This document shows positions 25,165-37,856 of a stretch of 60,731 nucleotides of DNA, in pieces (position 1 is the first letter of the stretch; each line of letters starts with the position of its first letter). The translations under genes and the position numbers were made by a program. The stretch comes from Chiloscyllium plagiosum (taxonomy: Eukaryota). The notes beneath the pieces are model-generated. The model saw nothing but the letters and a program-made list of their open reading frames with translations, did no database searches and had not been told where the DNA came from. The stretch covers positions 13,337,659-13,398,389 of the forward strand of contig NC_057751.1 of NCBI RefSeq assembly GCF_004010195.1, read 5' to 3'.

Positions 25165-27940
25165 CAACACAGTCACATGATGGAAACTCCATTTGGGCTT
25201 TTTTTGATGGGGTATCCAGCAAGCTTTTAGTTGGGGTATCCAAATATTTCAAAGGAGATTCCAAAAAGCCACTGAGGGAAGGGGTGAGTGGTGTACTTTT
25301 TGTGGGTGTGCCTTCTGAAGATCCCTCGATATTTTCTCCAGAGTAAACTGTTGACAATACTGTAATAGCACCAGAGCTTTCAACTTTCATGTGTTTTGAG
25401 TATCCGGTCAAAAAAGTGTCATTACAACATTTTGTATTATCCTGCAAAGTGGAATTGGTTTTGTTGTTTATATTGGTCAGTTTGCGCTCATGTTGTTCAT
25501 GAGAAGGACTTTTCCCAGAAAACAATATTTGATTACTCTGGTGTGAATCACCAGATTGACTGAGAAATGAAAGCTGAGAGCCAGTGGAAAGTGTCTGGTT
25601 TTGATTTGGTTCTCCCTGAGATGCTGAGTTATTCTGAGGAGTAAACTGGAATTGCTGTGATGTTGAGCCTGGTTCAAATTCAGCTTCAAATTGTTTTAAG
25701 AGTTCCTCAATTTTTTCTTCAAAAGAGCGAGGACTGTGTCCTGATACATCATTTTGTTGTATTTGAATAGGCAAGGAGACTGAATTAGTATGTGAATCTT
25801 GATCATCAGCACATCTGGCAAGGATATTCTTCAATGGAGTTGATTGTGGATATTTTTCAATGTTTTCATTAGACAAGAAAGAATCTAGTTGAGATCTGTA
25901 TATTTCCTTTGACACGGACCTGTTAAAGGTGGGACTCTCCTGAGTAATTGCTGACTCACTGTGATCTGGTTGCTTCTGCTGAGAAACTTCAGAAGTTGGT
26001 TGAAGTGCTATCTGTATCTGCTGTTCCTTAAGATGATCCTGTTGTGGTAGTAACTGTGCTTCATTTTCCCCTGTTCCATAATTATCCTGTATTTTTTCCA
26101 CTTGATGGAATCCATCGAAGACCTGTTTCTGTTGTGGTAATGAATGATGCTGCAGACTTTGTTGTAATTTCTTTTGTTGCATTTGTTGAAGTTGAAGCAA
26201 GAAAAGCTGCTGTTGAATATTTTGCGTCTTTTGAAGCTGGGTTTCTTTACGCTGCTTATATGTTGGCTGTAATTTCTTCTTTTCGTGTACCGGTTTCTTT
26301 TGTTTCTGCCTTTTTAGATGTGGCTGATGTTGTGACCACCATTTTTGCTGCTCATGTAGATGGTTCTGTTTTTGACAGTGCACTTGAAACAGGTTGCGTT
26401 TATGATGTAGATGTTGTTGTAATGCTGCCTGCGTTTTTTGATGTTTACTTCTTTGATGCATATCAATTTGTTGCATGGACTGAGATGACTGTTGTTCAGT
26501 CTGCATTCCATAAAACTCAACTCCAGTTACCAAGTTGGAGAATGGCATTGATAAATTTTGTTGGGTTTTTATGCCTGCATCTTCATGCATAATTAAGCTA
26601 GGCATTTTAAACAATGATACAGGGTGTTTGTTACTATTGTTAATGTCTAATAGCTGCTTTAATTCAGTCATAGGGTCACTTATTGAAGTAACTGGCTGAT
26701 GAGCATTGAACACTGGCATGTTTCCTTCAGCATTGACTGTATTCCTCCTCTGAGCAGAGACTTCGTCAGTTTGTTTTATAGTTGATATTGAATTTGTAAA
26801 GTTATTAAATGGATCTGGTAATGTTTTCATGGCTGGAATGTAGTGAGCTTCAATCTGTGCTGTTTTCTTTAGATGTTCCCACTGAGTTTGCACTTGAGAA
26901 CGTAATTCTGGAAACATTTGCTGACCAGGATGTTCTTGTAGAGAAGGATGCCTATTCTTCTGCTGATGATTAAGGTCTTCTTGCATGCCCTGAATGGCAT
27001 CAGAAGATGCAGACAACGGAACATTGTTTTCCTCAATGGAACCAGATGAGGCATCGCCAATTTGAGAGGTGCTGTTGATCTGTGATGAAGCTTCTGACAA
27101 TGGCTGCGGAAGTGTTGATGACAGTTGTGTAAGGGCTTCAATGGCAATTGCTGTCTGAAGACTTATGTTTTTCTCTTTTGCAATGGTTAATGCACTCTGA
27201 GAATATTGAGGAACATCAGAGGAATCAAAATTGGATGCTTCCTCCAAAACAGGCAAATGATTCGGTAAAGCACCATTTTCCACAGGCATTTCATTGATTT
27301 TATCAGGGATTTGTGAAGTCCTATTATGTTCTTCATTAAGAACAGCTTTTATTTTTTTCTCAAGCCATTCTAGATAATCTGGGCATTCTGGCCCATCACA
27401 ATTGCAATTTGGTGGTTTCTTCCCATGTTTTTTTGCAAGGGTCCATGCAGTGGTCAAAGTGCCCAAATCATTATTTGGAGGACAATCATCATTCATATTC
27501 ACTGCGTCACTGCTGTTATTAATCTCTAGTTTACATTTCTCTGTAAGGTTAATTCTGTGTAAAGGCTGAGAGTTTTCTGCTGGTGAGTTATATGAAGGTA
27601 TGCTTACTACTGTTTCAGAGAGTACAGTTAACTTTCTAGCATCATCCAGGATGACAGTATCCTCAGTAGTAGTCAGACCTTCCTTGACATGGTTCCTAAC
27701 TTGGTTCAATATTGGAGTTGTTCCTCGATTGTTGTTTCCATTGGGGTGTTGAGGGAATCTCTGGTTATCCATCCACTCACTTGGTTCCACATCAATAGTA
27801 TGTCCATCTTGATTACATACTCCGTTCACCAGACTTGGTGCCATTTCTAATCTTAACCTGCTTTCACCAACATGGTTGGTTGACCCCTCTTCCATTTGGT
27901 CTGTTCGGGGGCCATCCACTGTGCTCCTTTCTGAACCTGT
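25165..27940 (-). CDS. TET3: Methylcytosine dioxygenase TET3, large N-terminal coding exon (2776 bp, phase 0 to phase 1)
   Basis: Uninterrupted ORF with TET3 motifs CNCDGPECPDYLEWLEKKIK, AKEKNISLQTAIAIEALTQLS, QAALQQHLHHKRNLF, KVESSGAITVLS and LESPLKYLDTPTKSLLDTPSKKAQMEFPSCDCV. Acceptor ttttctatag|ACAGGTTCA (TGSE..., matching the mammalian exon start TGSELSPVDGP). Donor TGTGTTG|gtaagt at 25164. Confidence 0.96.
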
Positions 27941-29800
27941 CTATAGAAAATGAATTGAATAGGTTAAAACAATAGCATTTTGTTTTGAATCTGTATTTGC
28001 ATGTATTCAAGTATAGACCAAAAAGTGGTATAAAATGTAAATCATTTATATTACAAGCTTTCATTAATGAGTTGGTCAAACACAGTTTGCTGCCTCAAAC
28101 TGCACATAAAGTTAGTTTTGGTCAACATGCTTTCATGTCCACAGGCATCCAGAGTATTTTCCACAGCATCCAGAAGTAATTCTAACTCATGTTACATAGT
28201 TGCTTTAATAGTCGGGTTTTTTTTTTAAATCACTCAAGGGACATGGGCATCGGTGGCTGGTCAGCATTTATTGCTCAACCCCAGTTGCCCTTGAGAAGTT
28301 GATAGTGAGCTGGCTTCTTGAACCGCTGCAGAACTGCAATCAAGCCAACTTAGCTGATGCTTACAACGTAACTGTGCCTGAGTGTTCAAATGTAATCAAG
28401 CTTCAAGGAAGGTTGTTTGAAACATAGCTTTGTGTTTCTTTTGAACCAAATATATTATTTGTACATGCTCTCATCAATCTATCCTCTGCAATTGAATGTT
28501 AACTATTCTCATGAAGTGATATTTAACTGACCTTCAAAGACAAACCAGAATGAAAGGAGTATGTTCTTTCTCAAAATTAACTACTTTGTGCCTTAATATT
28601 AGACAGAAAATCTTAGCTATTAAGCATGCTGTGTCGACATTAAGTGTGCTCGCAGTAAGCCGGTTGGATTAAGCTCCAACCAGCCCGTTAAGAGCTCACG
28701 GGTGGGTTTCTCAGCTTATCAATCCCCGAGACACTGAAGTTCTGATCCACCAGATGATGTTGGCCAATTAGAAGTTGGCAGTCTCTGGAACCTGAGGAGC
28801 GAGACTGGAGATGTAGGCTGCAGCAACAAGAAGGGAGAGTGTCTCTTTTAGCGGCCACCTGATTCACCCAGTATCCTTGGCCCCTATTTCCCCAGATTTG
28901 GGGCAAATAAAGCACCCCCCTAAAACCGAGCAGGTCAGCCACCCTAGATTCCCTGTTGGGAAGGTAGCTACTTTTCTCATTGGAAAAGCAGGTAATCAAA
29001 CTGTTGGGTGGTTGAGGCCTTTAAACATCTGTTAATTGATAACTTCATGGCTTTGATTGGTTATAAATCAACAAGGTCACCCGTCAAGCTTCCTGCTCAG
29101 AACTAAATTGCCAAGGTGGCAGGTATCACTAGCCTGATTACTTGCCCATCTGTCTGCTACTCCTGAGGAGGAGAAAACATAGGCAATTTTTAAAAAAACA
29201 AATAACCTTCTATTCTGATATTTTATTACATTCTGTTATAAAATCCAGCAATCCTCAATCTATCCAAGTGATATCATCAATCTTCATTTCAAACATCCGT
29301 GACTGAAATTTGAATTCTGTTCATTTAAAAAACCATTGAGGAATGGCAACAAAAGCAAAACGTTAATATCTAAATTGTGTTAAAGTAAGATTAAAGTTAA
29401 ATTCTGAACTGTATAGTTTTGAAATCAAAACTTTCAAAATTGATGAAAATAAATGATATTTTGCTTAATACAATGAATTAAAGTTAAAGTGAAGACTGCT
29501 GGTGCTACTTGGTGGGAACCCATACCATCCAAACGAGTGTTTGCTCTCCGTGCTGTGCCAAGTCAGCTGGTCATTGCAATATTTTCGCAGTAAAATGACA
29601 ATATTCTTGTAATTTAAAAACAATATTTTCAAAGCCAATTAAAAGCAATTTAATTTCAAGGAAAGGATTGTGCGGGATATTCATAAAGAATTTGGGAAAC
29701 ACTCCCTGTTTTGATTACTGGTACTGAAGAACTAAAATTAGATTGAAAAGTCTACATTTATACAGGACTAGATTTGGTCCCATTTGGTCTGTCATGTACT

Positions 29801-30093
29801 TTAGATTAGATTAGATTCCCTACAGTGTGGAGACAGGTCCTTCGGCCCAACAAGTCCACACCGACCCTCCGAAGAGTAACCCACCCCCCTCTGACTAATG
29901 CACCTAACACTATGGACAATTTAGCATGGCCAATTCATCTGACCTGCACATCTTTGGAATGTGGGAGGAAACCGGAGCACACGGAGGAAACCCACGCAGA
30001 CATGGGGAGAATGTGCAAACTCCACACAGACAGTCGAACCTGGGACCCTGGCGCTGTGAGGCAGCAGAGCTAACCACTGAGCCACCGTGTTGC
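29801..30093 (-). mobile_element. HE1-type SINE
   Basis: Reverse complement of the tRNA head, V-type core and (aatct)n tail. Confidence 0.9.
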
Positions 30094-30477
30094 GAATGCA
30101 TTTTATGAACTACCTCAGCAATATCAACTGTGTACTCTCTCTAACATCTCCTCTGTATAAACTTGGGCTACATGTCTGAAAATTACCAAAGCAAATTATA
30201 AACACTTGATTTAAGATTGAAAGTTCTGAATATCCTGATAAGCCTTCAGATAAGTTATGTAATTAGATGATACATGTGGTAAATATTCATCTTTCAATCT
30301 GATAATTGTATATTTTAATCATTAAATTAAAAAGGGAGTTAAAACCAAGAAAGCATAAAAATAAATTATAAATCTTTCAAGTAGTAACCATCACCTTCTT
30401 TTCAAATTAATGAATTAAGATGGAAATGAACAGTCAGGAATGGTGAAAAGTGGTGAGAAGAAACCAAAACTGCTCAT

Positions 30478-30539
30478 GGGGCGGTGTGGACTTGTTGGGC
30501 CGAAGGCCTGTCCCCACACTAAGTAATCTAATCTAATCA
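30478..30539 (+). mobile_element. HE1/HER1 3' tail fragment
   Basis: gtgtggacttgttgggccgaaggcctgtcccca..aatctaatctaatc. Confidence 0.7.
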
Positions 30540-31425
30540 ATAAAAGATTTGTCAAAATACTTCGGCCTCAATTCATGGGAGGGATTTAGAACACATTTGC
30601 GTAATCAGGGAATCTGGAAATACCAAGGATGTGAAGGTCCTGCTGAACTGGACAAGAGCACCACATCGCAGCATGAATGTATTGGGAACACAACATAATC
30701 CCAATCACAGGGCGTATACTGGGAGAGAAACAACCCACTCGTTCTGGACATGAAGCAGCATTGAAAAACATTGTCCAATGGATCGAGCAGCTCCAAGTGC
30801 TGGAAAACCAACTCCTAATCTGCTGAATTTAAATGGTTCTGATGATCTGAAAAACAGAACCTCATTTATTATATCTAGCAACCCAGGTACCCAGAGGAGG
30901 GTATGCAGCTATGCCGACACCTACTGTAATTAAACTAACCCACTCACCCCAACCTTCTCCCACCTTTGTACGGTGTTCATCCCATGGGTTGATATCCTGT
31001 ATCTCAAAGGGAGACAACCTGATTTTCTTTGGTGATTACAATGCTAGAATTGGATGGATGCACATCTCTAGAAAGGCATGATCAGCAAGGAGGACATAGG
31101 GAAAGCAAACAGCAACAGAGTTCTTTTTGTGATGAAATGCTGAAAACATTTCTGGGTCATTACAAGCACCTTATTTCATCAGACAAGACGTCATCACAAA
31201 ATGCTCACTCCAGACATTAGGACCTGCCTGACTATGCAACTCTGAGCAAGCAACCTCAGATGCCTGCATCATCTACACATTTGGCAGGGCAGATGAACAT
31301 AGGACAAGCTGTCGCATCATCTGGCCTATTATATCCATCAGCCTGTCCCAAAAGTGGTAGTAGCAGCAAAACAGTGTTACAGGATATTCAATTTTGATGG
31401 ACTAAAGGACCTACGCAGTCAGCAT

Positions 31426-31685
31426 CTGACAGTCAACCTGACAACGCCTCATGAACAACAACGGAAAATCCACAAGGCACAATTTACCTTCAAATCCATC
31501 ACAAACAGGAATTGCAAGGAAACTTTGGGTTTGATGCAAATGACCAAGAGATCATGGAGCTGTTAAATCCAAAGCACAAGGCAATCCAGAACTGAGAACA
31601 TCACCAATGTTCGAGGGAAAGACACCAGACAAATGAAGATGCAAATCTAACTAATAACCCATGACTAAAGATAAGTCACCAACAC
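31426..31685 (+). repeat. Direct repeat copy 1 (~260 bp) of 34059-34315
   Basis: Visual alignment from ctgacagtcaacctgacaac to gataagtcaccaacac shows few substitutions and small indels. Confidence 0.92.
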
Positions 31686-32671
31686 AAGCTGAAGTGTGTG
31701 GCTTCTTAACCAGTCAAAACCATCTACTGCCCAAGAACCCAACAAGCCTACTGACAGCAAAGAACAGAGTGGTTCTCTCCAAGCGCAAAGAGGCAATGAG
31801 CACTCTGTGGATCTAATCAGCCAAGATACAGTCCTAAAACAAAATTGCTTGAAAAACTCAGCAGGTCAGACAGCATCTGTGGACAGAAAGCAGAGTTAAT
31901 GTTTTGGGTCTAGTGATCCCTCGTCAGAATTGTGAAATTCATTGCCATGGTGCACAGTGGAGGCCGGGACGTTAAATATCTTCAAGGCAGAGATTGATAA
32001 ATTCTTAATCTCGCAAGGAATTAAGGGATAAGGGGAAAGTGCGGGTAAGTGGCGTTGAAATGCCCATCAGCCATGATTGAATGGCGGAATGGAGTCAATG
32101 GGCAGAATGGCCTTATTTCCAATCCTATGTCTTATGGTTATGAACTTCTCTCCACAGATGCTGCCTGACCTGCTGAGTTTTCCCAGTCATTTTCGGATTC
32201 TGTTTCTGAGTTATAGCAGCTCTTTGGGTGTTTTTATGAGACAAGAGTCCTCAATGTAAATTGCCTCAATCATACCCCACACATGCCACTAGGCACCATC
32301 TCAAAATAGTCCCAGATTGATAAGAAGTTGAAAAGGACAACTGACAGCTGAGAAATCCGCAAGGCTGCTGAAGCAGGTGAAATCCCTGCTTGAAATCCTG
32401 AAATACAGTGGTGAAGCACACTTGGCTTGTATACATGATCACATGTCCCTCAACTAGAAGAAGAGTATGTCCACAGATCTCCCGAGACATCGTTATTGTG
32501 ACAACCTTCAAGGAAGATGTTAAACCTGTTGTGGTAATTACAGAATGGAATTACTGCTCTCTCCCACAGGGAAGGTCATTGTAAACATCTTCCTCAATTG
32601 CCCCCATTCAGTGATAAAGAGACGCACGGCAGGAGGTCACAATGCAGTCTGATCATCACATGAAACAATGA

Positions 32672-33863
32672 ACATAGAACATAGAACATAGAAGAATACA
32701 GCGCAGTACAGGCCCTTGGGCCCTCGATGTTGCGCCGATCCAAGCCCACCCAAACTACACTAACCCACCATCCTCCATATACCTATCCAATGCCCTCTTA
32801 AATGCCCATAAAGAGGGAGAGTCCACCACTGTTACTGGCAGGGCATTCCATGAACTAACGACTCGCTGAGTGAAGAACCTACCCCTAACATCAGTCCTAT
32901 ATCTACCCCCCCTTAATTTAAAGCTATGCCCCCTTGTAATACCCGACTCAATACGCGGGAAAAGGTTCATACTGTCGACCCTATCTAACCCCCTAATCAT
33001 CTTGTACACCTCAATCAAGTCACCCCTAAACCTTCTTTTCTCTAGTGAAAACAGCCCCAAGTGCCTCAGTCTTTCCTCATACGATTTTCCTTCCATACCA
33101 GGCAACATCCTGGTAAACCTCCTCTGCACCCGTTCCAATGCCTCCACATCCTTCCTATAGTATGGCGACCAAAACTGCACACAATATTCCAGATGCGGCC
33201 GTACCAGAGTCTTATACAACTGCATCATGACCTCAGGACTCCCGAACTCAATTCCTCTACCAATAAAAGCCAGAAATTTGAGGGTGGGTTGGAGGTTTGG
33301 ATTAGGAATTGGTTGGATGGAAGAAGACAGAGGGTAGTAGTTGATGGCAAAGTTTCTTCATGGAGTGCCGTCACTAGCGGTGTTCCGCAAGGATCTGTTT
33401 TAGGACCATTGCTGTTTGTCATTTATAAAAATGACAAACAGCAATGGTCCCAAAACAGATCCTTGCGGAACACCGCTAGTGACGGCACTCCATGAAGAAA
33501 CTTTGCCATCAACTACTACCCTCTGTCTTCTTCCATCCAGCCAATTCCTAATCCAAACCTCCAACTCATCCTCAATGCCATATCTCCGTATTTTCTGCAG
33601 TAGCCTCCCATGGGGAACCTTATCAAACGCCTTACTAAAATCCATATATACCACATCTACCGCTTTCCCCTCATCAACCTCCTTCGTCACCTTTTCAAAG
33701 AATTCAATAAGGTTTGTGAGGCACGACTTGCCCTTCACAAAACCATGCTGACTATCCTTGATCACATTATTCCTATCCAGATGTGCATAAATCCTATCCC
33801 TTACAATTCTCTCTAAGACTTTGCCCACAACAGAAGTGAGACTCACCGGCCTATAGTTACTAG
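32672..33863 (-). mobile_element. Young 5'-truncated CR1 LINE with internal fold-back inversion and deletion
   Basis: Stop-free RT segments ([48 protein letters not shown]) and C-terminus ([28 protein letters not shown]). (TTCTATG)n tail at 32672-32693. Confidence 0.93.
33278..33575. repeat. Long inverted repeat, 147-bp arms with 4-nt spacer
   Basis: 33278-33424 is the reverse complement of 33429-33575, with 4 mismatches counted by eye. Confidence 0.93.
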
Positions 33864-34058
33864 AAATCTTTAAAGCAAGACTAAGTGATCTTTAAAGCAA
33901 GACAGATTCAAGGAAAGTGCAGAGAACAGCAATAGCCTCTACTTATGGCTTCTTTTTAATCTCATAAAGGTCTTTGATTGTCATTCAGGAGAGCAATATG
34001 GAGCATCTTCCTAAAATTTGGTAACCACAGAAATTCATCCCCATTCTCCACTTGCTGC

Positions 34059-34315
34059 CTGACAGTCAACCTGACAACACCTCATGAACAACGGAAAATC
34101 CACAAGGCCCAATCTACCTTCAAATCCATCAGAAACAGGAATTGCAAGGAGACTTTGGGTTTGATGCAAATGACCGAGAGATCATGGAACTGTTAAATCC
34201 AAAACACAAGGCAATCCAGAACTGAGAACATCACCAATGTTAGAGGGAAAGACACCAGACAAATGAAGATGCAAATCTAACTAATAACCCATGACTAAAG
34301 ATAAGTCACCAACAC
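34059..34315 (+). repeat. Direct repeat copy 2 (~257 bp) of 31426-31685
   Basis: Same alignment. This copy interrupts the RT region of the old RTE. Confidence 0.92.
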
Positions 34316-34545
34316 CAATGGGTCCAACACAGATCTAGCGTGTGCAAACTGGGGTGAAGCAAGGCTGTGTCATCATACTAACACTCTTCTGAATCTTCCT
34401 TGCTGCAAGACTCCACCATGAAGCTACCTACTGATACAGAATTAAACTTCACCTTAGCTTTGTGGAACTAATCAACTGGATGAGTAGAAAACTGCTCAAC
34501 TTTTATCACCTCCAGTCTAGAACCAAGATCACCTCAACTTTTGAT

Positions 34546-35188
34546 TGTGACAATGCTGCTCCTTTAACAAGGCTATGTTGCCCTTTGTATTTTTCTCAGA
34601 GAGGTCATAAAAGCAGTGATCGCGAAAGGTCGAGGTTTGAAGGGTTTTAGGGCCAATTTGAGTAGAGCTAACAGATACTGCCTGGAAAAAAGACTTACAA
34701 GTTTTCAAAAATAACACTTGGACAATGAAAGGGGAATGTCCAATACTCCCAGCTCAGCTTTTCTTTGGTTTTTAGCAGTCTGGCTGTTCACTGAAAGCAG
34801 TCAGTTTGGAGGCTGCTGGTCCAAGAAATAGCTACATGGAAGAAGGTGTTCCATCCAGAATCTCTCTGACATCCCTCCTCTAAGATTTTATCTTTTGTGT
34901 CGAGGGGTGTTTATAGGGATTGTTGCAAGTATTTAGAATAGCATCATGAAGTTGGGGTAATCTACTGGGTCTTAAGATAGTTTAAGTTATTCTGTATTCT
35001 GTTCTCTTTTGTCTGTGTTTCATTCAGTAATTTTGCAAATAAATTCTGCTTTGTTTAAGACTAAGTGGTTGGGCCAATTGCATCACTTCTGGATTATCCA
35101 CTCTACACCTGCTTAAAACCACTAGCAAAGTTAGGATCTGGGCTATTTACTTGAAATGGTTTGAGGGGGTCTGGCTTGGTCTACAACA
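34546..35188 (+). mobile_element. Solo LTR inserted in the RTE RT region
   Basis: TGTGACA...ACAACA termini, AATAAA near 35038; homologous along its length to 39519-40183. Confidence 0.75.
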
Positions 35189-36989
35189 CTGAATGAACAG
35201 TAGCACGCAGATGATGCCGAGCTCCAAATCGCTGTCAATGAGTTAATGGAGGCATACAAGACAAAAGTAGTGAGGCAAAATGTCCAGAAGACATAGACCT
35301 TATATCCACTTGCTCCCACTACTCAACACTTCCTTCTGATTATCAAGATCCAAGGTGAGCTACAATGTGGATTCATTCCTACACCTTTTTTAGCTTCCTC
35401 TCAGTGGCTAAAAACTTCACTTTCACTGTGCCTGTGCAGACTTTGGCCATCAGTAGAACAGAGTGGTTGATGGCAAAGCCCTAAATCAAGACATTAATTC
35501 ATGGTGAACAGGATGATAGTATTGCCAGCCCTCCGATATGTATTGGAGATCTGAACAATGTCCAACAGATACCAGAGATCCTTAGGAAATATCACCAGCC
35601 ATGCCTTCAAATATCCTGCAAATCCACTGGCAGGCTAGGCATGCCAACATCAGCATCCTCTCCCAACTAAAATCCCCATTATTGAGACACTGGTTACAGT
35701 CAGTCAATTAGCTTTATTAAACAGGCCATGACACCCACACACCTGACATGAGACATCCAAAGCTTTGGACTCTGGGTTTTGTCACAGCAAGCAGTTGCCA
35801 GAGGGCAGAGGATATGCTTTAAAAATGTCCTCAAAGCGGCTCAATAAAAAGGGAAGACCTTTTAGAATGGAGATAAGGAGAAACTGCTTTCGGCAGAGAG
35901 TGATAAATCTATAGAATTAATTGTCACAGAAGGCTGTGAAGGCCAGGTCATTGATATATTTAAGACTGAGACAGACAGATTCACGTATCAAGGGGATCAA
36001 GGGTTACAGGGAGAAAGTGGGAGAATGGGGTTGAAAACCTATCAGCCAAATTGAATGGCACAGCAGACTCGATGGGCTGAATGGCCTAATGTCTGCACCT
36101 ATGTCTTATAGTCTAAATATCGCCAATGATTCCTGGGAAGCTCAAGTCAAAGGCTACTTAATTTGGAAGACAAGCATCAAGAAATTAGTCAAGTATTTTG
36201 AGAGTCTTCGACAGATATAGATGGAGGCCAAAAGCAAACAACAAGAGGGTGCAAAAACCCAACCATCCCACCCACGTACCCAATTTAGTCAGCACTCCTT
36301 GCCCTTCTTGTGTCAAAGTTTCTGGATCTAATATTTGACTATTTAATCTTCCTAGATCCAGAATACCAAAATAGTAGAAAGTCATCCTTAATCCTGGGAG
36401 ATTTCCCTTGAAGAAGTGGGGCATTTGTCATTTCTCACTACACCAGAATTAGGCATCATAGTTTCCAAATAAAGGATCATCTATTTAAAACAGAGATGAG
36501 GAAACATTTTTTTTCTTTCAACGGGTTCTGAGAGTTTGGAATTTCTTCCTCAAAAGGCAGTGGATGCTGAATCTTGAAATATTTTTAAGGCTGAAGTGGA
36601 TAGATTCTTTATCACCAAGTGGATGTAAGAATTTTGGGGATAAGCAGGAATGTTGAGCTGAGGTAAAAATCTTATTGAATGGAAGGGTAATCTTGAAAGG
36701 CCTAACACCGAAATCTTGCCCCTTGTAACTCCACTTTCCTGCCCAATCCCTAGGTCCCTTGATTCCATGAAAGACCACAATCTGCCATTTCCACCCTAAA
36801 TGTATTCAATAATAGAAACTGCACAAATATCTGTGGAAAACAATTCTAAAGCTTCACACAAATTCCAGTGATGAGATGGCTCCTCATCTCAGGCCCCTTG
36901 TCCTGAGACTGTGTCTGTGTTTGAGATTCCCTGACCAGCACCGCCTCTCAACATCCACTGGATTAAGACACTTCTGAATCTTGTTTAAT

Positions 36990-37172
36990 GTTAAAAATCA
37001 CACAACACCAGGTTATAGTCCAACAGGTTTAACTGGAAGCACTAGCTTTCGGACCACTGCTCCTTCATCAGGTGGTCCAAAAGCTAGTGCTTCCAATTAA
37101 ACCCGTTGGACGATAACCTGATGTGTGATTTTTAACTTTGTACACCACAGTCCAACACCAGCATCTCCAAAT
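36990..37172. mobile_element. Second-family Penelope-derived fold-back mini-element with a hammerhead motif on the minus strand (37043-37071)
   Basis: Arms ~36990-37057 and ~37072-37136 are inverted. Minus strand reads CTGATGA-A-GGAGC-agt-GGTCC-GAAAG-CTA. Confidence 0.78.
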
Positions 37173-37856
37173 TACAGCTGTAATGCTATCCTTTATCAAA
37201 AATACCACTCCACCTCCTCTCTTGCCTCCCCTTCTATCCATCCTGTAGCATTTGTATCTGGGAACATTAAGCTGCCAGTCCTGTTCATCCCTGAGCCACA
37301 TTTCTGTAATTGTCTCTCATTCTTTTAAATTTGAGAGAATATAGATCAAATTTGGTTCAGTCTTTTATGATAAGATAGTTCAGTGAAACTTTGTTCATTA
37401 TCTCCAAAGCAGATTTTAAATATAAAAGATCAAACTGCACACATTTACTCGAGACGTGGTCTCAATACAACCCTGCATAACACTGCATTCCACTCCTTTT
37501 GCACTAAATGTGAACATGCCATTTGACTTCCTAATTGCTTGCTGGACCTGCATGCTAATTTTCTGTGCACCTTGCATGAATACTCTTCTCTGTTACTTCT
37601 CTTGTACGGATGGGGCTTTGATTGGTCTCGTGACGAGTGATCAGTTATTGATGATCAAGGCCTTTTGCTCAGAAACAACTGTGATTGATTCTGAGAACAT
37701 GGGGTAGAAACAAAAGTCAGAAGTGATTAACCTCCAACCAGCCAGGAGCTAAGTCTCCCTATTCTCTGCAGGAAGCCACTTGAAACCTGAAAGAACACTA
37801 GTTTATCTTTCCTTCAGCAGTTTAGAGTCATACAGCACAGAAACAAACCGTTCAGT

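Larger units (their letters stand above)
30890..36420 (+). mobile_element. Old RTE LINE scaffold interrupted by younger insertions
   Basis: EN motifs YA.T and IFFGDYNARIG (~31020), FDANDQEIMEL, RT motifs VQTGVKQGCVI (~34350) and HADDA (~35205), and C-terminal remnants. Confidence 0.7.

Noticed and set aside
26044..26592. 182-aa hydrophobic plus-strand ORF
   Set aside because: Antisense shadow of the CAA/CAG-rich TET3 exon; no independent support.
24965..27919. 984-aa ORF as a stand-alone single-exon gene
   Set aside because: TET3 similarity stops exactly at a canonical G|gtaagt donor (25164) and resumes in phase at 6428. The last ~66 codons are intronic read-through, and the GTG start is an internal Val.
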